This document shows positions 10,151 through 19,917 of a DNA stretch of 64,000 nucleotides, in pieces. Source of the DNA: Pseudomonadota bacterium. GTDB lineage: Bacteria > UBA10199 > 2-02-FULL-44-16 > JAAZCA01. The notes beneath the pieces are model-generated. The model ran no database searches. It was not told where the DNA came from and worked only from the letters and a program-made list of their open reading frames with translations. The translations under genes were made by a program, and so were the position numbers. The stretch covers positions 32,001 to 96,000 of the forward strand of contig JAZDOG010000020.1 in NCBI GenBank assembly GCA_043798915.1, written 5' to 3'. Position 1 is the stretch's first letter. The number at the start of each line of letters is the position of its first letter.

Positions 10151-11575
10151 GTGTTGATGTGCTCAGCTGATGGTGAAACAGGAACGAGGAAGAGCTTCAT
10201 CGCTGCGACCATAAAGTTTTTTTCGTCATGGCGTGGAATGCATTTTTTTATCTTGGCATTTGTTATGGCGGTTGCCTTTTCTTTTATTTTTCCGCAAAAA
10301 ATTGAATATGATTCCACGCAGTATGAGCATCTTGGATGGAACATTTCCCAGGGAAACGGTTTGTCAGATGCCTCGGCAGCGCCTTTTGTGCCGACCTCAG
10401 GCCGCGAGCCGGTCTATCCGCTCTTTATCAGTTTGTTTTATCTTTTTTTTGGAAGACATCCGGAAATTGTGCTGGTAGCCCAGTCGCTGTTGCATGCAAC
10501 CACTGCTCTTTTGATCTACCGGCTGGCCTGTCGATGGTTTTCCTTAAGCGTGGCCGGTCTGGCCGGCTTTCTGACCGCTGTGGATCCAACCCTTTATGGT
10601 TTTTGCAGCTACTTGCTGACAGAACCCCTGGCTCTCTTTTTGCTGGCCTCGTTCGTCTATTTGGCGGTTTTCGTGCGAGAGCGGAATGGTCTGGCTTTCT
10701 CCTTGGCGGGGGGGGCACTGCTCGGCGCTTTGGCGCTTTGTCGTGCGGTGTTTATGTTTTTGCCGGTTGTTTTTTTTGTGTTTATGGTGTTTTCGCGTTT
10801 TCCATCAAAACTTGGAAAAAGGATCGTTTATGGGATGATTCTGATCCTTGTTTTTATGAGTGTTCTTTCGCCATGGTTGTATAGGAATAAAAAGGCATTC
10901 GGTGTTGCTTTTATCACCGCGCGTTCAGGCGAGATGCTTTTGTGGAAGGCGTTGAGGACAGAGCACTCCCCAAGGGAAATGCTCGTGGATCTTGTTTATG
11001 GAACATCGGATACTCTGGGCCGAAAATTATTTCCCGATGATTATTCGAGGATGAATATCAGCGGGGAACATGGTCCGGAAAACGTATATCCCATTGGCGT
11101 AGAGAGATATATGCGGTATCTTGCCGATGGGTACTCTGAGCTTGAGGCCGATCGCCTGCTTCGAATCGATGCGATTAGGATAATTATAAAACGCCCCTTT
11201 AAATACATCGCTCAGTGTTTTGTCGACGCGTGGAAGCTCTCTTTTTTTGAGATAGTTCCATTTGCCTACTCAACACGGTTCAATCAGTTGATGCAAAGGG
11301 GAGATTGTCTGTTAGGCTTGGGGACCGCCCTGAGGATACTGCTTCGTTATGTGTATTCATGGCTGATAATTTTATTGGCTGTCAAAGGATTTCTGGAAGT
11401 CCAAAAAGAATGGAGACGAAAATGTCTGTTGCTGGTACCAATTATTTATACGATAGGGACGGCCATTCCATTTGATGTTAGCGGGAGATACGTCTATCCT
11501 GCATTGCCATTTATCCTGATTTTAGCATCGGTATCGGTTGTCAATTTCATTGAAAGAAAACAGCCGTCTTTGTAA
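10151..11575 (+). CDS. GT-C (ArnT/PMT_2-like) polyprenyl-phosphate-sugar-dependent glycosyltransferase
   Basis: Multi-TM; 'YDSTQY', 'REPVYPLF', 'LTEPL', 'SPWLYRN', C-terminal 'GRYVYP'; start may be the later ATG (MHFF). Confidence 0.8.
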   Translation: MLMCSADGETGTRKSFIAATIKFFSSWRGMHFFILAFVMAVAFSFIFPQKIEYDSTQYEHLGWNISQGNGLSDASAAPFVPTSGREPVYPLFISLFYLFFGRHPEIVLVAQSLLHATTALLIYRLACRWFSLSVAGLAGFLTAVDPTLYGFCSYLLTEPLALFLLASFVYLAVFVRERNGLAFSLAGGALLGALALCRAVFMFLPVVFFVFMVFSRFPSKLGKRIVYGMILILVFMSVLSPWLYRNKKAFGVAFITARSGEMLLWKALRTEHSPREMLVDLVYGTSDTLGRKLFPDDYSRMNISGEHGPENVYPIGVERYMRYLADGYSELEADRLLRIDAIRIIIKRPFKYIAQCFVDAWKLSFFEIVPFAYSTRFNQLMQRGDCLLGLGTALRILLRYVYSWLIILLAVKGFLEVQKEWRRKCLLLVPIIYTIGTAIPFDVSGRYVYPALPFILILASVSVVNFIERKQPSL

Positions 11576-11593
11576 AACCGCATTTCATGAGAG

Positions 11594-12505
11594 TCAGGGT
11601 TTCTCCGATTTTGTGAGCATGGACAGCGTTCTATCGGGGAGCGCGACGCCATTCTGTTCAGCCAAAAACCCCATTGCCATTATTATAGAGACGGCAATCA
11701 AAAAAAAGCTCGCCAGCGATATTGCGAAACGAGCCTGGGCCGAATATATGGCCAACAGGATCATGAATGCGCCGGTTATTGACATTGCAGTGATCAAGGC
11801 GAGAAATGCCTTGATCGGATTATAGAGCAGGATTGCCCTCACTATAAGCTGGAGCGTCCACAGCACGTCCCTTTTGAATTTAATCTTGCTTTTGCCCTTT
11901 CTTGCGAAATACGTTATCGGCGTGTGCGCGACGAATCTGCCGGAGAGGAGGCTGACCAAGGTGATCGTTGTCGTGATGGAGAAGCCGCCACACAGCACTC
12001 GCCAGAAGTCGGTGAAGATATCCTTTCTTATTACGCGCATGCCGCTGTTTACATCCGGTATGGAGCGGCCGGTCGCAGATTCGCACAGCATGCGGAAGAA
12101 TATACGAGCTATTCGCAGGATTATGTTTCCATGATATATCTTTCCTTGTCTGGCCCCGACCAGCATGTCGAGATTCCTGTCGGCCAGGCTCTGCACCATT
12201 TCTGGCAAAACCTCCACCGGGTATGTTCCATCGGCATCTATCATGGCGATGATTTCGTGTTTTGCGTTTGCGACTCCTGTCTTTACGGAATTGCCGTACC
12301 CTATGTTGCAGGGGTGTCTGAAGACTCTCGCCCCGGCCTCCTCCGACATTCGGGCTGTTTCATCGGCGGAGCCGTCGTCCACGACGATGAGCTCAGCCTC
12401 GATATCGGAGGAATCAAATGCCAGTTTGAGTTTTTCAAGCATTTCAGCAATATGCGGGCCCTCATTGAGGGCCGGGATAACAACGGAGACTCCTAACCGT
12501 TTCAT
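11594..12505 (-). CDS. GT2 polyprenyl-phosphate glycosyltransferase (DPM1/ArnC-like) with 2 C-terminal TM helices
   Basis: 'VVIPALNE', 'VVDDGSAD', 'NIGYG', 'IDADGTY', 'PDVNSGMR'. Confidence 0.9.
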   Translation of the reverse strand: MKRLGVSVVIPALNEGPHIAEMLEKLKLAFDSSDIEAELIVVDDGSADETARMSEEAGARVFRHPCNIGYGNSVKTGVANAKHEIIAMIDADGTYPVEVLPEMVQSLADRNLDMLVGARQGKIYHGNIILRIARIFFRMLCESATGRSIPDVNSGMRVIRKDIFTDFWRVLCGGFSITTTITLVSLLSGRFVAHTPITYFARKGKSKIKFKRDVLWTLQLIVRAILLYNPIKAFLALITAMSITGAFMILLAIYSAQARFAISLASFFLIAVSIIMAMGFLAEQNGVALPDRTLSMLTKSEKP

Positions 12506-12516
12506 AATTTTACCCC

Positions 12517-13737
12517 CTACTTAAGATTGCGCATGTGCTGAGCCAGCTCAACAGACGGCAACAGCTCCTCAGCGATATGTTTTCCGATAAGCTCCGATGT
12601 TTCTTCAGTGGGATGGCTGGTGTCATCGAAAAAAATGTCGCGCGGACGCATTATTTTTTTGCCCCATTTTTCCAGATCGATCACCTGCAATCCACGCTGC
12701 TTTGCCAATCGGCGCAGGTCGAAGTTATACTGTTCAATAAGCTTTGCAAGGACATAGGGATTGTTTGTATAGGGCGGCAGAAAGCCGACCTTAAAGGCCC
12801 TTTCGCTCGGCTCTTCCTCCATGATATAAAGGCTTGGTATTGTGATTATGACTACCTTGCTTCCCACCGATTGCATTTCATCTATGATCTTTGCAATATC
12901 CTTCAAAAATTTTGGGTTGTATCCTTCTGCGCTGTGAACCTGCGGTGCATTTTTGTCGGGAGCCATTGCCCTCCTGAGCCATCCCTGCGATTCAATTTTC
13001 CGCATGCCTATAACCAGATTGGCAAGTCTCATGAAAGCGCTTCTCGCAAGTCGGAAACTCGCTAAATAGCTTTCAATTCCTCCAGCCGGACCTTCCTCCC
13101 ATATGGAATTCCATCCAAGATATATTGTTGTGATTTCAGGTCGAAGCTCCTTCATTTTTTCTATGTTGAGGAGGACGTCCTTTGGTCGATAGCCTTCAAC
13201 ACCGGCATTGACGACCTCAATCCTTTTACCCCGGTTGCGAAGTTCGCGTTCCAACGCTCTCGGGTAGGAATATTTGTCAAATAACGACCGAAATGTGCAT
13301 GAATCGCCGATAGTCAGAATCCTCGGTTGGCTGTGCGTCTTGTCTATCTCGGGTCCTTTGAATCCATCGCTGTTTATCTGATATATGATTTCATCCTGAT
13401 TGAAATTTAATTGAGAGGCTCGGTCGGTTAAATGTTTGACGGCCAAAAATCGCCCTGAATATTCTTTTGCGTTGACTGTTTGTTCCAATGTTCTCGAGAT
13501 TCCAGGCCTCAAAACCCAGCTGAGCGATGGATGTTTCGGGTCTGGCATCTCATATTCGTTCAAATCTGGTGTTGCAGCGAGGTTCAAAAAAGTTTTGATT
13601 TCGTCACGAAAGACGAATGCGAGGCGCGAACCGCCTTCTATAATTATTCCTGTCAATACAATCACAAGGAAGATAAACAAGAACCGAACGTCGTGCGAGC
13701 GTCTTTTAGCGTTCTTTATTTTCCCTCCGTCAGCCAT
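12517..13737 (-). CDS. Membrane-anchored SGNH/GDSL-fold protein
   Basis: N-terminal TM; 'INSDGFK', 'TIGDSCTF', 'VNAGVEGY', 'GWN', 'DTSH'; paralog of 37203-38378. Confidence 0.85.
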   Translation of the reverse strand: MADGGKIKNAKRRSHDVRFLFIFLVIVLTGIIIEGGSRLAFVFRDEIKTFLNLAATPDLNEYEMPDPKHPSLSWVLRPGISRTLEQTVNAKEYSGRFLAVKHLTDRASQLNFNQDEIIYQINSDGFKGPEIDKTHSQPRILTIGDSCTFRSLFDKYSYPRALERELRNRGKRIEVVNAGVEGYRPKDVLLNIEKMKELRPEITTIYLGWNSIWEEGPAGGIESYLASFRLARSAFMRLANLVIGMRKIESQGWLRRAMAPDKNAPQVHSAEGYNPKFLKDIAKIIDEMQSVGSKVVIITIPSLYIMEEEPSERAFKVGFLPPYTNNPYVLAKLIEQYNFDLRRLAKQRGLQVIDLEKWGKKIMRPRDIFFDDTSHPTEETSELIGKHIAEELLPSVELAQHMRNLK

Positions 13738-13797
13738 GTTGTTGTCAGGGGCTGGTCTTCGCGAGATAATTTTATATTGAGCACATGCTTTAAAGCG

Positions 13798-14583
13798 TCA
13801 GGCCTTTTCGGCCAGGACTGTCCATGACATGTCATTGCAATGAACCAGTCTGATGTTTTTCAAGGGCAGCCCTTCCGTGAGGCCGAGGACCTCGTCCCTC
13901 TTCCAGTAGTGGCAAATGCTTGGAATGAGCTGGTCAAAAACAATTCCCTCCACATTTCTGAAGGGCATCTGTTGTAAATGGCGGAAGTATTCTTCTTTAT
14001 TGGGAAATAACAAATATAGCTTCAATATGCAGGCAAGCATTTTTGCGAGCAGGTGATTCAACATGGGCGGCATTCGCGACGTAAGGTGAATTCTCAATGG
14101 GTCAAAAAGCTTCACGTACGTTTCATTTCCTTCATAGGCATACACGTATACGATTAAAGCGCCTCCTCTTTTCAAAGCGCGCACTAGGTTCTCCAGCGCC
14201 CGGCGAGGGTCCGCCAGGCAATGGACCACGCCGATTGAAAAGACTATGTCGAACCTGTCCTGGAAATCGATGTCATAGATCGATCGAAAGGCAACCTCGC
14301 AGTTGGAAAAGCCTTCCAGATTGCTTTTTGCCGCGGCCACCGTCCTGTGATCGTGATCGAACGCATAGCCGGAAGCAGCCCCGGCTTTGAGGGCAAAGAA
14401 GCTGTTGCGCCCGTTCCCGCAGCCGGCATCCATAAAGCTCTTTCCCTTGAATATGGAGGGGTAGAGGCCTCCGGACCAGCGCCGGAACTGCTCTTCATTG
14501 ATCGGCATGATTTCTCTAAATAAATTCCACTCGTAGCCGAACTGTTTTTCGGTTCCAATCGGATGGTCGCTGTTTTTTTTCAT
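13798..14583 (-). CDS. Class I SAM-dependent methyltransferase
   Basis: 'FGYEW', 'MDAGCGNGR', 'FDIVFSIGVVH', 'LKRGG'. Confidence 0.88.
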   Translation of the reverse strand: MKKNSDHPIGTEKQFGYEWNLFREIMPINEEQFRRWSGGLYPSIFKGKSFMDAGCGNGRNSFFALKAGAASGYAFDHDHRTVAAAKSNLEGFSNCEVAFRSIYDIDFQDRFDIVFSIGVVHCLADPRRALENLVRALKRGGALIVYVYAYEGNETYVKLFDPLRIHLTSRMPPMLNHLLAKMLACILKLYLLFPNKEEYFRHLQQMPFRNVEGIVFDQLIPSICHYWKRDEVLGLTEGLPLKNIRLVHCNDMSWTVLAEKA

Positions 14584-14724
14584 GTTTCTCGCTTTTTTCG
14601 GTTTCTTTATGCAAAATCTAGAGTAATACTGCTGAATTGATACAGCTCATCCGTAAATGTAGCAAAAACTCAGTGTTATGAAAAGAACTTTATAATATAA
14701 AACAGAACATTATCAAGCACACCC

Positions 14725-15711
14725 ATGCCAGCGGCAAAAAAAATATTGATAAACGGCGGCGTCGGCTTCATCGGGTATCACCTCTCCAAAAAGCTCCTGG
14801 ACGATGGCCACGATGTCGTCATCTACGATGCCTTTATAAATTATATCCCGGCGGATAAAAGCACATATGCGCTTTATCTGCATGCTCGTCTGGCCGATCT
14901 GGACAAGCGCGTTGAGATCATCAGGGGCGATATAAAAGATGTCGATCATCTGATAAAGACCATCAAAGAACACAGGCCGGAGGTTTTGATAAATCTGGCT
15001 GCCGTTCCGATCGCCACGGCGTCCAATGAAATGCCCTGGGAGCTGATCGAGGTGAATCTCGAGGGCACCATTGCAATTTTGGACGCTATCCGGTCGACCG
15101 ATTCGGTGAGGCGTTTCGTCTATACCTCCTCGAGCTTTGTCTATGGCAATTTTAAAAAGGAACCGGCGGATGAAAACCACATCACGGAACCGATAGATAT
15201 TTACGGTGGCACAAAGCTGGCGGGGGAGATCCTGACAAAAACCATAGGAAAAAAATTTGGCATCGAATATACAATCATCAGGCCGTCTGCGGTGTACGGG
15301 CCGACCGACGCCAACCGGCGGGTGACGCAAATATTTGTGGAGAATGCCCTGAGCGGCAAACCCCTGATTTTGCACGACGGCGGTTCGGGCAGGCTGGATT
15401 TCTCCTGTGTGATGGATGTGGCGGACGGGTTTGCCCTGGCGGCCCTTTCTCCAAAGGCCAGAAACGAGACATTCAACATCACCTGTGGCGAGGGCCGCAG
15501 CATGAGGAGCTTCGCCGAAATTTTGCAAAGGCTGGTCCCTGGCGTAAAAATTATCGAGCGGCCTTCCGATGACATCAGGCCGGAACGAGGGGCCCTGGAT
15601 ATCTCCAAGGCCAGAAGATTGTTGGGGTACAATCCCAAATATCCGCTCGAAAAGGGAATGGAAGAATATGTCAGATATGTGAAGGATTCCGGCATACTGT
15701 CAAAATTATGA
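14725..15711 (+). CDS. NAD-dependent nucleotide-sugar epimerase/dehydratase (extended SDR)
   Basis: 'NGGVGFIG' Rossmann motif, 'YTSSSFVYG', catalytic 'YGGTK'. Confidence 0.92.
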   Translation: MPAAKKILINGGVGFIGYHLSKKLLDDGHDVVIYDAFINYIPADKSTYALYLHARLADLDKRVEIIRGDIKDVDHLIKTIKEHRPEVLINLAAVPIATASNEMPWELIEVNLEGTIAILDAIRSTDSVRRFVYTSSSFVYGNFKKEPADENHITEPIDIYGGTKLAGEILTKTIGKKFGIEYTIIRPSAVYGPTDANRRVTQIFVENALSGKPLILHDGGSGRLDFSCVMDVADGFALAALSPKARNETFNITCGEGRSMRSFAEILQRLVPGVKIIERPSDDIRPERGALDISKARRLLGYNPKYPLEKGMEEYVRYVKDSGILSKL

Positions 15712-16817
15712 TCCCATTATCCGTCATAGACGTAGGGGACGAGGAGCTGAGGGCCGTAAAAGAGGTGCTCGATTCAGGCTGGTTGACCGAGGGCGTCAAA
15801 AACAGGGAATTTGAAGAACGATTCGCCGAATATATAGGCGTCAAAAAGGCGGTCGCCCTGAATTCCTGCACTTCGGCACTTTTCCTGGCTGTCAAAGCCC
15901 TGAATATCACAGGGGAAGTCATTTTGCCCAGCTTCACATTTGTCGCCTCCGCCAACGCAGTGGTCACGGCTGGGGCCATGCCGGTTTTTGCCGACGTGAA
16001 TTACGAGACGTGCAATATCGACCCACACGACATAGAGAAAAAAATCACCAAAAGGACGCAAGCGATCATGCCGGTCCATTTTGGCGGTCTCCCGGCCGAG
16101 ATGGAAGCGATCGTCGGGATAGCCCGGAAACATAATTTGCGCATCATCGAGGATTCCGCTGAGACTATCGGCGGTGAATACGGCGGAAAAAAAACCGGCA
16201 GCTATGACATAGGTTGCTTCTCTTTCTTTCCAACCAAAAGCATGACCACTGGAGAGGGGGGCATGCTGACCACCGGCGACGCCGATCTCTCGGAGAAGAT
16301 AAAAACACTGGCAGGTCATGGTGTTTCAAAAGGCGATCATAAAAACAAAAAAGGGGAAAAGCCGTGGTCCAGGGAGGCTGTTCTTGCGGGCTACAATTTC
16401 CGGATGAGCGATATCCTCGCCGCCATAGGTGTCGAGCAGCTCAAAAAAATTGAAAAAATGAACAGCCTGAGGAGACAGCATGCAGGATATTTGACTGCTG
16501 GCCTTGCCGGGCTGGGCATCGATCTGCCGGTGGAGAGCGCCGGCTGCAGGCACGTCTATCAGATGTACACTGTTAAAACGGGCAGAGAAAGAGACCGGGT
16601 TGTTTTGAGGTTGAGGGAAATGGGCGTGGGCGCGTCCGTTCATTTTGATCCGCCGGCTCACCTGCAGCCGTATTACATGGATAACTTCGGATGCAGGAGG
16701 GGCGACCTGCCGGCAACCGAGCGATTGGCGGACTCTATATTGACCCTGCCGATGTATCCGCAGATGAAAAGGCCGGATCTCGATTTTATAATCTCCGCCA
16801 TGAAGGAGGTCCTGTGA
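15708..16817 (+). CDS. DegT/DnrJ/EryC1/StrS sugar aminotransferase
   Basis: 'NSCTSAL', 'MPVHFGG', 'IEDSAE', PLP lysine in 'SFFPTKSMTTGEGG', 'GYNFRM'. Confidence 0.95.
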   Translation: MIPLSVIDVGDEELRAVKEVLDSGWLTEGVKNREFEERFAEYIGVKKAVALNSCTSALFLAVKALNITGEVILPSFTFVASANAVVTAGAMPVFADVNYETCNIDPHDIEKKITKRTQAIMPVHFGGLPAEMEAIVGIARKHNLRIIEDSAETIGGEYGGKKTGSYDIGCFSFFPTKSMTTGEGGMLTTGDADLSEKIKTLAGHGVSKGDHKNKKGEKPWSREAVLAGYNFRMSDILAAIGVEQLKKIEKMNSLRRQHAGYLTAGLAGLGIDLPVESAGCRHVYQMYTVKTGRERDRVVLRLREMGVGASVHFDPPAHLQPYYMDNFGCRRGDLPATERLADSILTLPMYPQMKRPDLDFIISAMKEVL

Positions 16818-17728
16818 TTGTGGACGACCATCGGAAATTCAACATGCCTTATGTTGTAGTCTTTGTGCCCGCGCACAACGAGGAGGGCTCGATCGGTCGG
16901 GTGATCGAGGCGATCGATAAGAGTTACCGCGGCGATGCCCCCCGCGACTATGTTTTGGATATCGTGGTGGTGGACGACGGATCCAGCGATGAGACTGCAC
17001 GGATAGCCAGGCAGATGAAGGTCAAGAGGGTCATCAGCCATCCGTACAATAGGGGTCTGGGGGCGGCCACAAGGACCGGGATGCAGGTCGCCTATGAGAT
17101 GGAAGCGGATGTCGCCGTCAAGATAGACGCCGACTTTCAACACGATCCTGAGGATATCGAGCGCGTTATCCGTCCGATTCTTGAGGACAGGGCTGACTGC
17201 GTGTTCGGCTCAAGATTTCTCGGGGGCCTTCAATACAAGATGCCATTGTACCGCTCTCTGGGGAATAAATTTTTCGGCTGGATGACGGGCACGATCATCA
17301 AGCAAAAGGTCACGGACGGGCAGACCGGCCTGATGGCATTCAACAGGAGATATCTTTCGAGATTCACAATTTTAAGGGATTACAACGAAACCCAGCAGCT
17401 GATCATAGATTCCTGGGGGAAGGGCATGAGGGTCATAGAGGTCTCGGTGCTGTTTCACAAGCGCGTTTCCGGACAATCATTTATCTCCTGGAAATATCCC
17501 CTTGAAGTCATCCCTTCGATTCTAAGGGCCTGCGCGCATGCAAACCCTTTAAGGGTATTCCTGACTCTGGGGCTTGCGGTGACGCTGACCGGAGTGCTCA
17601 TCGCTGCCGCGTGGATCTCCGGCTTGACTCGGTTTCCTGGAGATGCCGCCGCCTCGATACTGATCGTCGTGGGGGCGCAGATAATCCTTTTTGGTTTTCT
17701 TGCCGATATCATCAAATTCAATCGCTAG
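16814..17728 (+). CDS. GT2 polyprenyl-phosphate glycosyltransferase (DPM1/ArnC-like) with C-terminal TM helices
   Basis: GTG start after AGGAGG, overlapping the DegT stop; 'VPAHNEE', 'VVDDGSSD', 'IDADFQH', 'GSRF', 'VTDGQTG'. Confidence 0.9.
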   Translation: MIVDDHRKFNMPYVVVFVPAHNEEGSIGRVIEAIDKSYRGDAPRDYVLDIVVVDDGSSDETARIARQMKVKRVISHPYNRGLGAATRTGMQVAYEMEADVAVKIDADFQHDPEDIERVIRPILEDRADCVFGSRFLGGLQYKMPLYRSLGNKFFGWMTGTIIKQKVTDGQTGLMAFNRRYLSRFTILRDYNETQQLIIDSWGKGMRVIEVSVLFHKRVSGQSFISWKYPLEVIPSILRACAHANPLRVFLTLGLAVTLTGVLIAAAWISGLTRFPGDAAASILIVVGAQIILFGFLADIIKFNR

Positions 17729-17742
17729 ATGGGAAAGGCGGA

Positions 17743-19119
17743 ATGAACATGAAGTTTTTTTCAACAAGACAGGGGATGATCGTTTTTGTTCTGGGGTTCC
17801 TCATGGTGATGGTGATGGCCTTTTGCTTCAGGTGGGCGCCCATTTACGATGCTGCGCAATACGAACATCTCGGCTGGAACCTCTCGCAGGGGAACGGGCT
17901 TTCAAATTCCATCGCGCCGCCCTTTGTTCTGACGGCCGATCGCGAGCCTCTGTACCCGTTTTTTATCAGCATCATTTACAGAATATTCGGGCGCCATTAC
18001 GGGTGTGTCTATATTGCGCAGGGTTTCCTCGTCGCCCTCTCCTCCTTGTTGACATTCAAGCTGGCCGGGCGCTTTTTTTGCCAGCGCATAGCCTTCCTGG
18101 CCGGCATCCTTGTGGCGGCAGACCCCACCATCTCGGGTTTTGCCGGCCAGTTCTGGACAGAGTCGCTTGCTCTTTTTCTCCTGATCTCCTTCATCTATAT
18201 GATGGCTGTCTTCAAGGAAGAGCGTCCATTTCTCTTTGCGCTATCAGGAGGCGCGCTGATTGGCCTTCTGACTCTTTGCCGCGCCGTGTTTATGCTCATG
18301 CCTCTGGCCGTTGCGGCGTTGTTGATCTTTTCAAAACATCAGCCGTTGAAAAAGCGGCTGCTTCAGGTTGTCGCGCTGATGGCCGCCTTCACAATTATCG
18401 TGGGGCCCTGGATATATCGAAACAAAAAGGAATTCAATGTTCCGTCCATCACGACTCGCTCTGGCCATCTGCTTCTGTGGCGGGCCTTGAGGACAGAGTA
18501 CACGCCGAAGGATATGCTGATACATCTTTCATATGGTGCCTCCGACACTCTGGGACGCAGGCTTTTTCCCGGTGAATATTCACGGATGTCGGTGAGGGGT
18601 GTCTGGGGGCCTGAAAATATATATGAGAAGGGCGCAAGGATGTATCTTGACTATCTTGCCAGGGGGTATTCCGAATTTGAAGCGGATCGCATGCTTCAAC
18701 TCGAAGCCGTCAATATTATCAAAAAGCACCCGGCCATGTATGTGCTTCAGTCCTTTCTGGAATTGTGGAAGCTTTCTTTCTTTGAAGTCGTCCCTTTTGC
18801 ATATTCAGACAAGTACAAACAGCTGATGCAGGGCGGGGCAACATTTTATGTCATAGGAAAAATGCTTCGCGTGGGGCTTCGTTATTATTACTCATGGCTG
18901 ATCATCGCCCTGGCTGCTGTGGGTTTAATCAGAGGCCACCGCAGTCTGGATGGCAGGAAATCGGTATTTCTGCTGCCGATAGTTTATGTGATTATCACCG
19001 CCATGCCTTTAAATGCCGGCCCGAGATACCTGTGTCCGGCCCTGCCATTTATCATGATCTTTGCCGCAGCGGCGTTTTTTGATCAAGACCTGTCCGGTTT
19101 TAAGGAGCGTAGCCCGTAA
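17743..19119 (+). CDS. GT-C (ArnT/PMT_2-like) glycosyltransferase, close paralog of 10151-11575
   Basis: 'YDAAQYEHLGWNLSQGNGLS', 'REPLYPFF', 'WTESL', 'GPWIYRN', 'PRYLCP'. Confidence 0.82.
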   Translation: MNMKFFSTRQGMIVFVLGFLMVMVMAFCFRWAPIYDAAQYEHLGWNLSQGNGLSNSIAPPFVLTADREPLYPFFISIIYRIFGRHYGCVYIAQGFLVALSSLLTFKLAGRFFCQRIAFLAGILVAADPTISGFAGQFWTESLALFLLISFIYMMAVFKEERPFLFALSGGALIGLLTLCRAVFMLMPLAVAALLIFSKHQPLKKRLLQVVALMAAFTIIVGPWIYRNKKEFNVPSITTRSGHLLLWRALRTEYTPKDMLIHLSYGASDTLGRRLFPGEYSRMSVRGVWGPENIYEKGARMYLDYLARGYSEFEADRMLQLEAVNIIKKHPAMYVLQSFLELWKLSFFEVVPFAYSDKYKQLMQGGATFYVIGKMLRVGLRYYYSWLIIALAAVGLIRGHRSLDGRKSVFLLPIVYVIITAMPLNAGPRYLCPALPFIMIFAAAAFFDQDLSGFKERSP

Positions 19120-19135
19120 GGGCTATGTCTGATTC

Positions 19136-19888
19136 ATGATATTCATAATCCTTCCCGCCTACAATGAAGAGAAACATGTTTCATCTCTGCTTCAAATGAT
19201 CGACTTGAGTCTAAAGGAATACAGCCATGAATATAAGGCCATTTTAGTGGATGATGGTTCAACGGATGACACGGTCAAGATCGCAAGATCGTTTGGGGGG
19301 CTGATGCCTGTCGCGGTCATTTCCCACGACAAAAATATGGGATTGGGTGAGGCCATCAAAACGGGTCTCGTTCATGTCGTTCAAGCGGCTGTTGACAATG
19401 ATGTCATAATCACGATGGACGCGGACAACACACACGCCGCCGGCCTCATCATGCGCTTGAACCGCAATATCTGGGAGGGATGCGATGTGGTGATTGCCTC
19501 TCGCTATGTAAAGGGGGCTCAGGTCATTGGGGTCCCGCTCTCAAGAGGGTTCTTGAGCCTTGGGGCGAACATTTTGTTAAGAGTCCTTTTTCATATTCGA
19601 GGGATACGGGATTACACATGTGGTTACCGTGCTTATCGGGTCTCTTTATTGAAGAAGGCGTTTGAAAAATACGGCGATATATTCGTATCGGAATCGGGAT
19701 TTTGCTGCCAGATAGACATCCTGCTTAAATTGAGGGCATTTCAGCCTGTTATCAGCGAGGTGCCTATCATCTTAAGGTATGACCATCGCAAGGCCATATC
19801 GAAAATGAATGTAAAACAAACGATCAAGGACACATTAAAGTTAATATCCAAACAATTCTTCAAAACCAGCCACCATTCCGATCAATAA
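19136..19888 (+). CDS. GT2 DPM1-like polyprenol-phosphate glycosyltransferase (soluble)
   Basis: 'LPAYNEE', 'VDDGSTD', 'MDADNTH', 'ASRY', 'RDYTCGYRAY', 'SKMN'. Confidence 0.92.
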   Translation: MIFIILPAYNEEKHVSSLLQMIDLSLKEYSHEYKAILVDDGSTDDTVKIARSFGGLMPVAVISHDKNMGLGEAIKTGLVHVVQAAVDNDVIITMDADNTHAAGLIMRLNRNIWEGCDVVIASRYVKGAQVIGVPLSRGFLSLGANILLRVLFHIRGIRDYTCGYRAYRVSLLKKAFEKYGDIFVSESGFCCQIDILLKLRAFQPVISEVPIILRYDHRKAISKMNVKQTIKDTLKLISKQFFKTSHHSDQ

Positions 19889-19917
19889 AGGCTCGAAGGC
19901 GATAAAAAACGAAACAT

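Noticed and set aside
17691..18575. 294-aa alternative-frame ORF inside the GT-C gene
   Set aside because: Fully nested out of frame, R/S/C-rich and without motifs.
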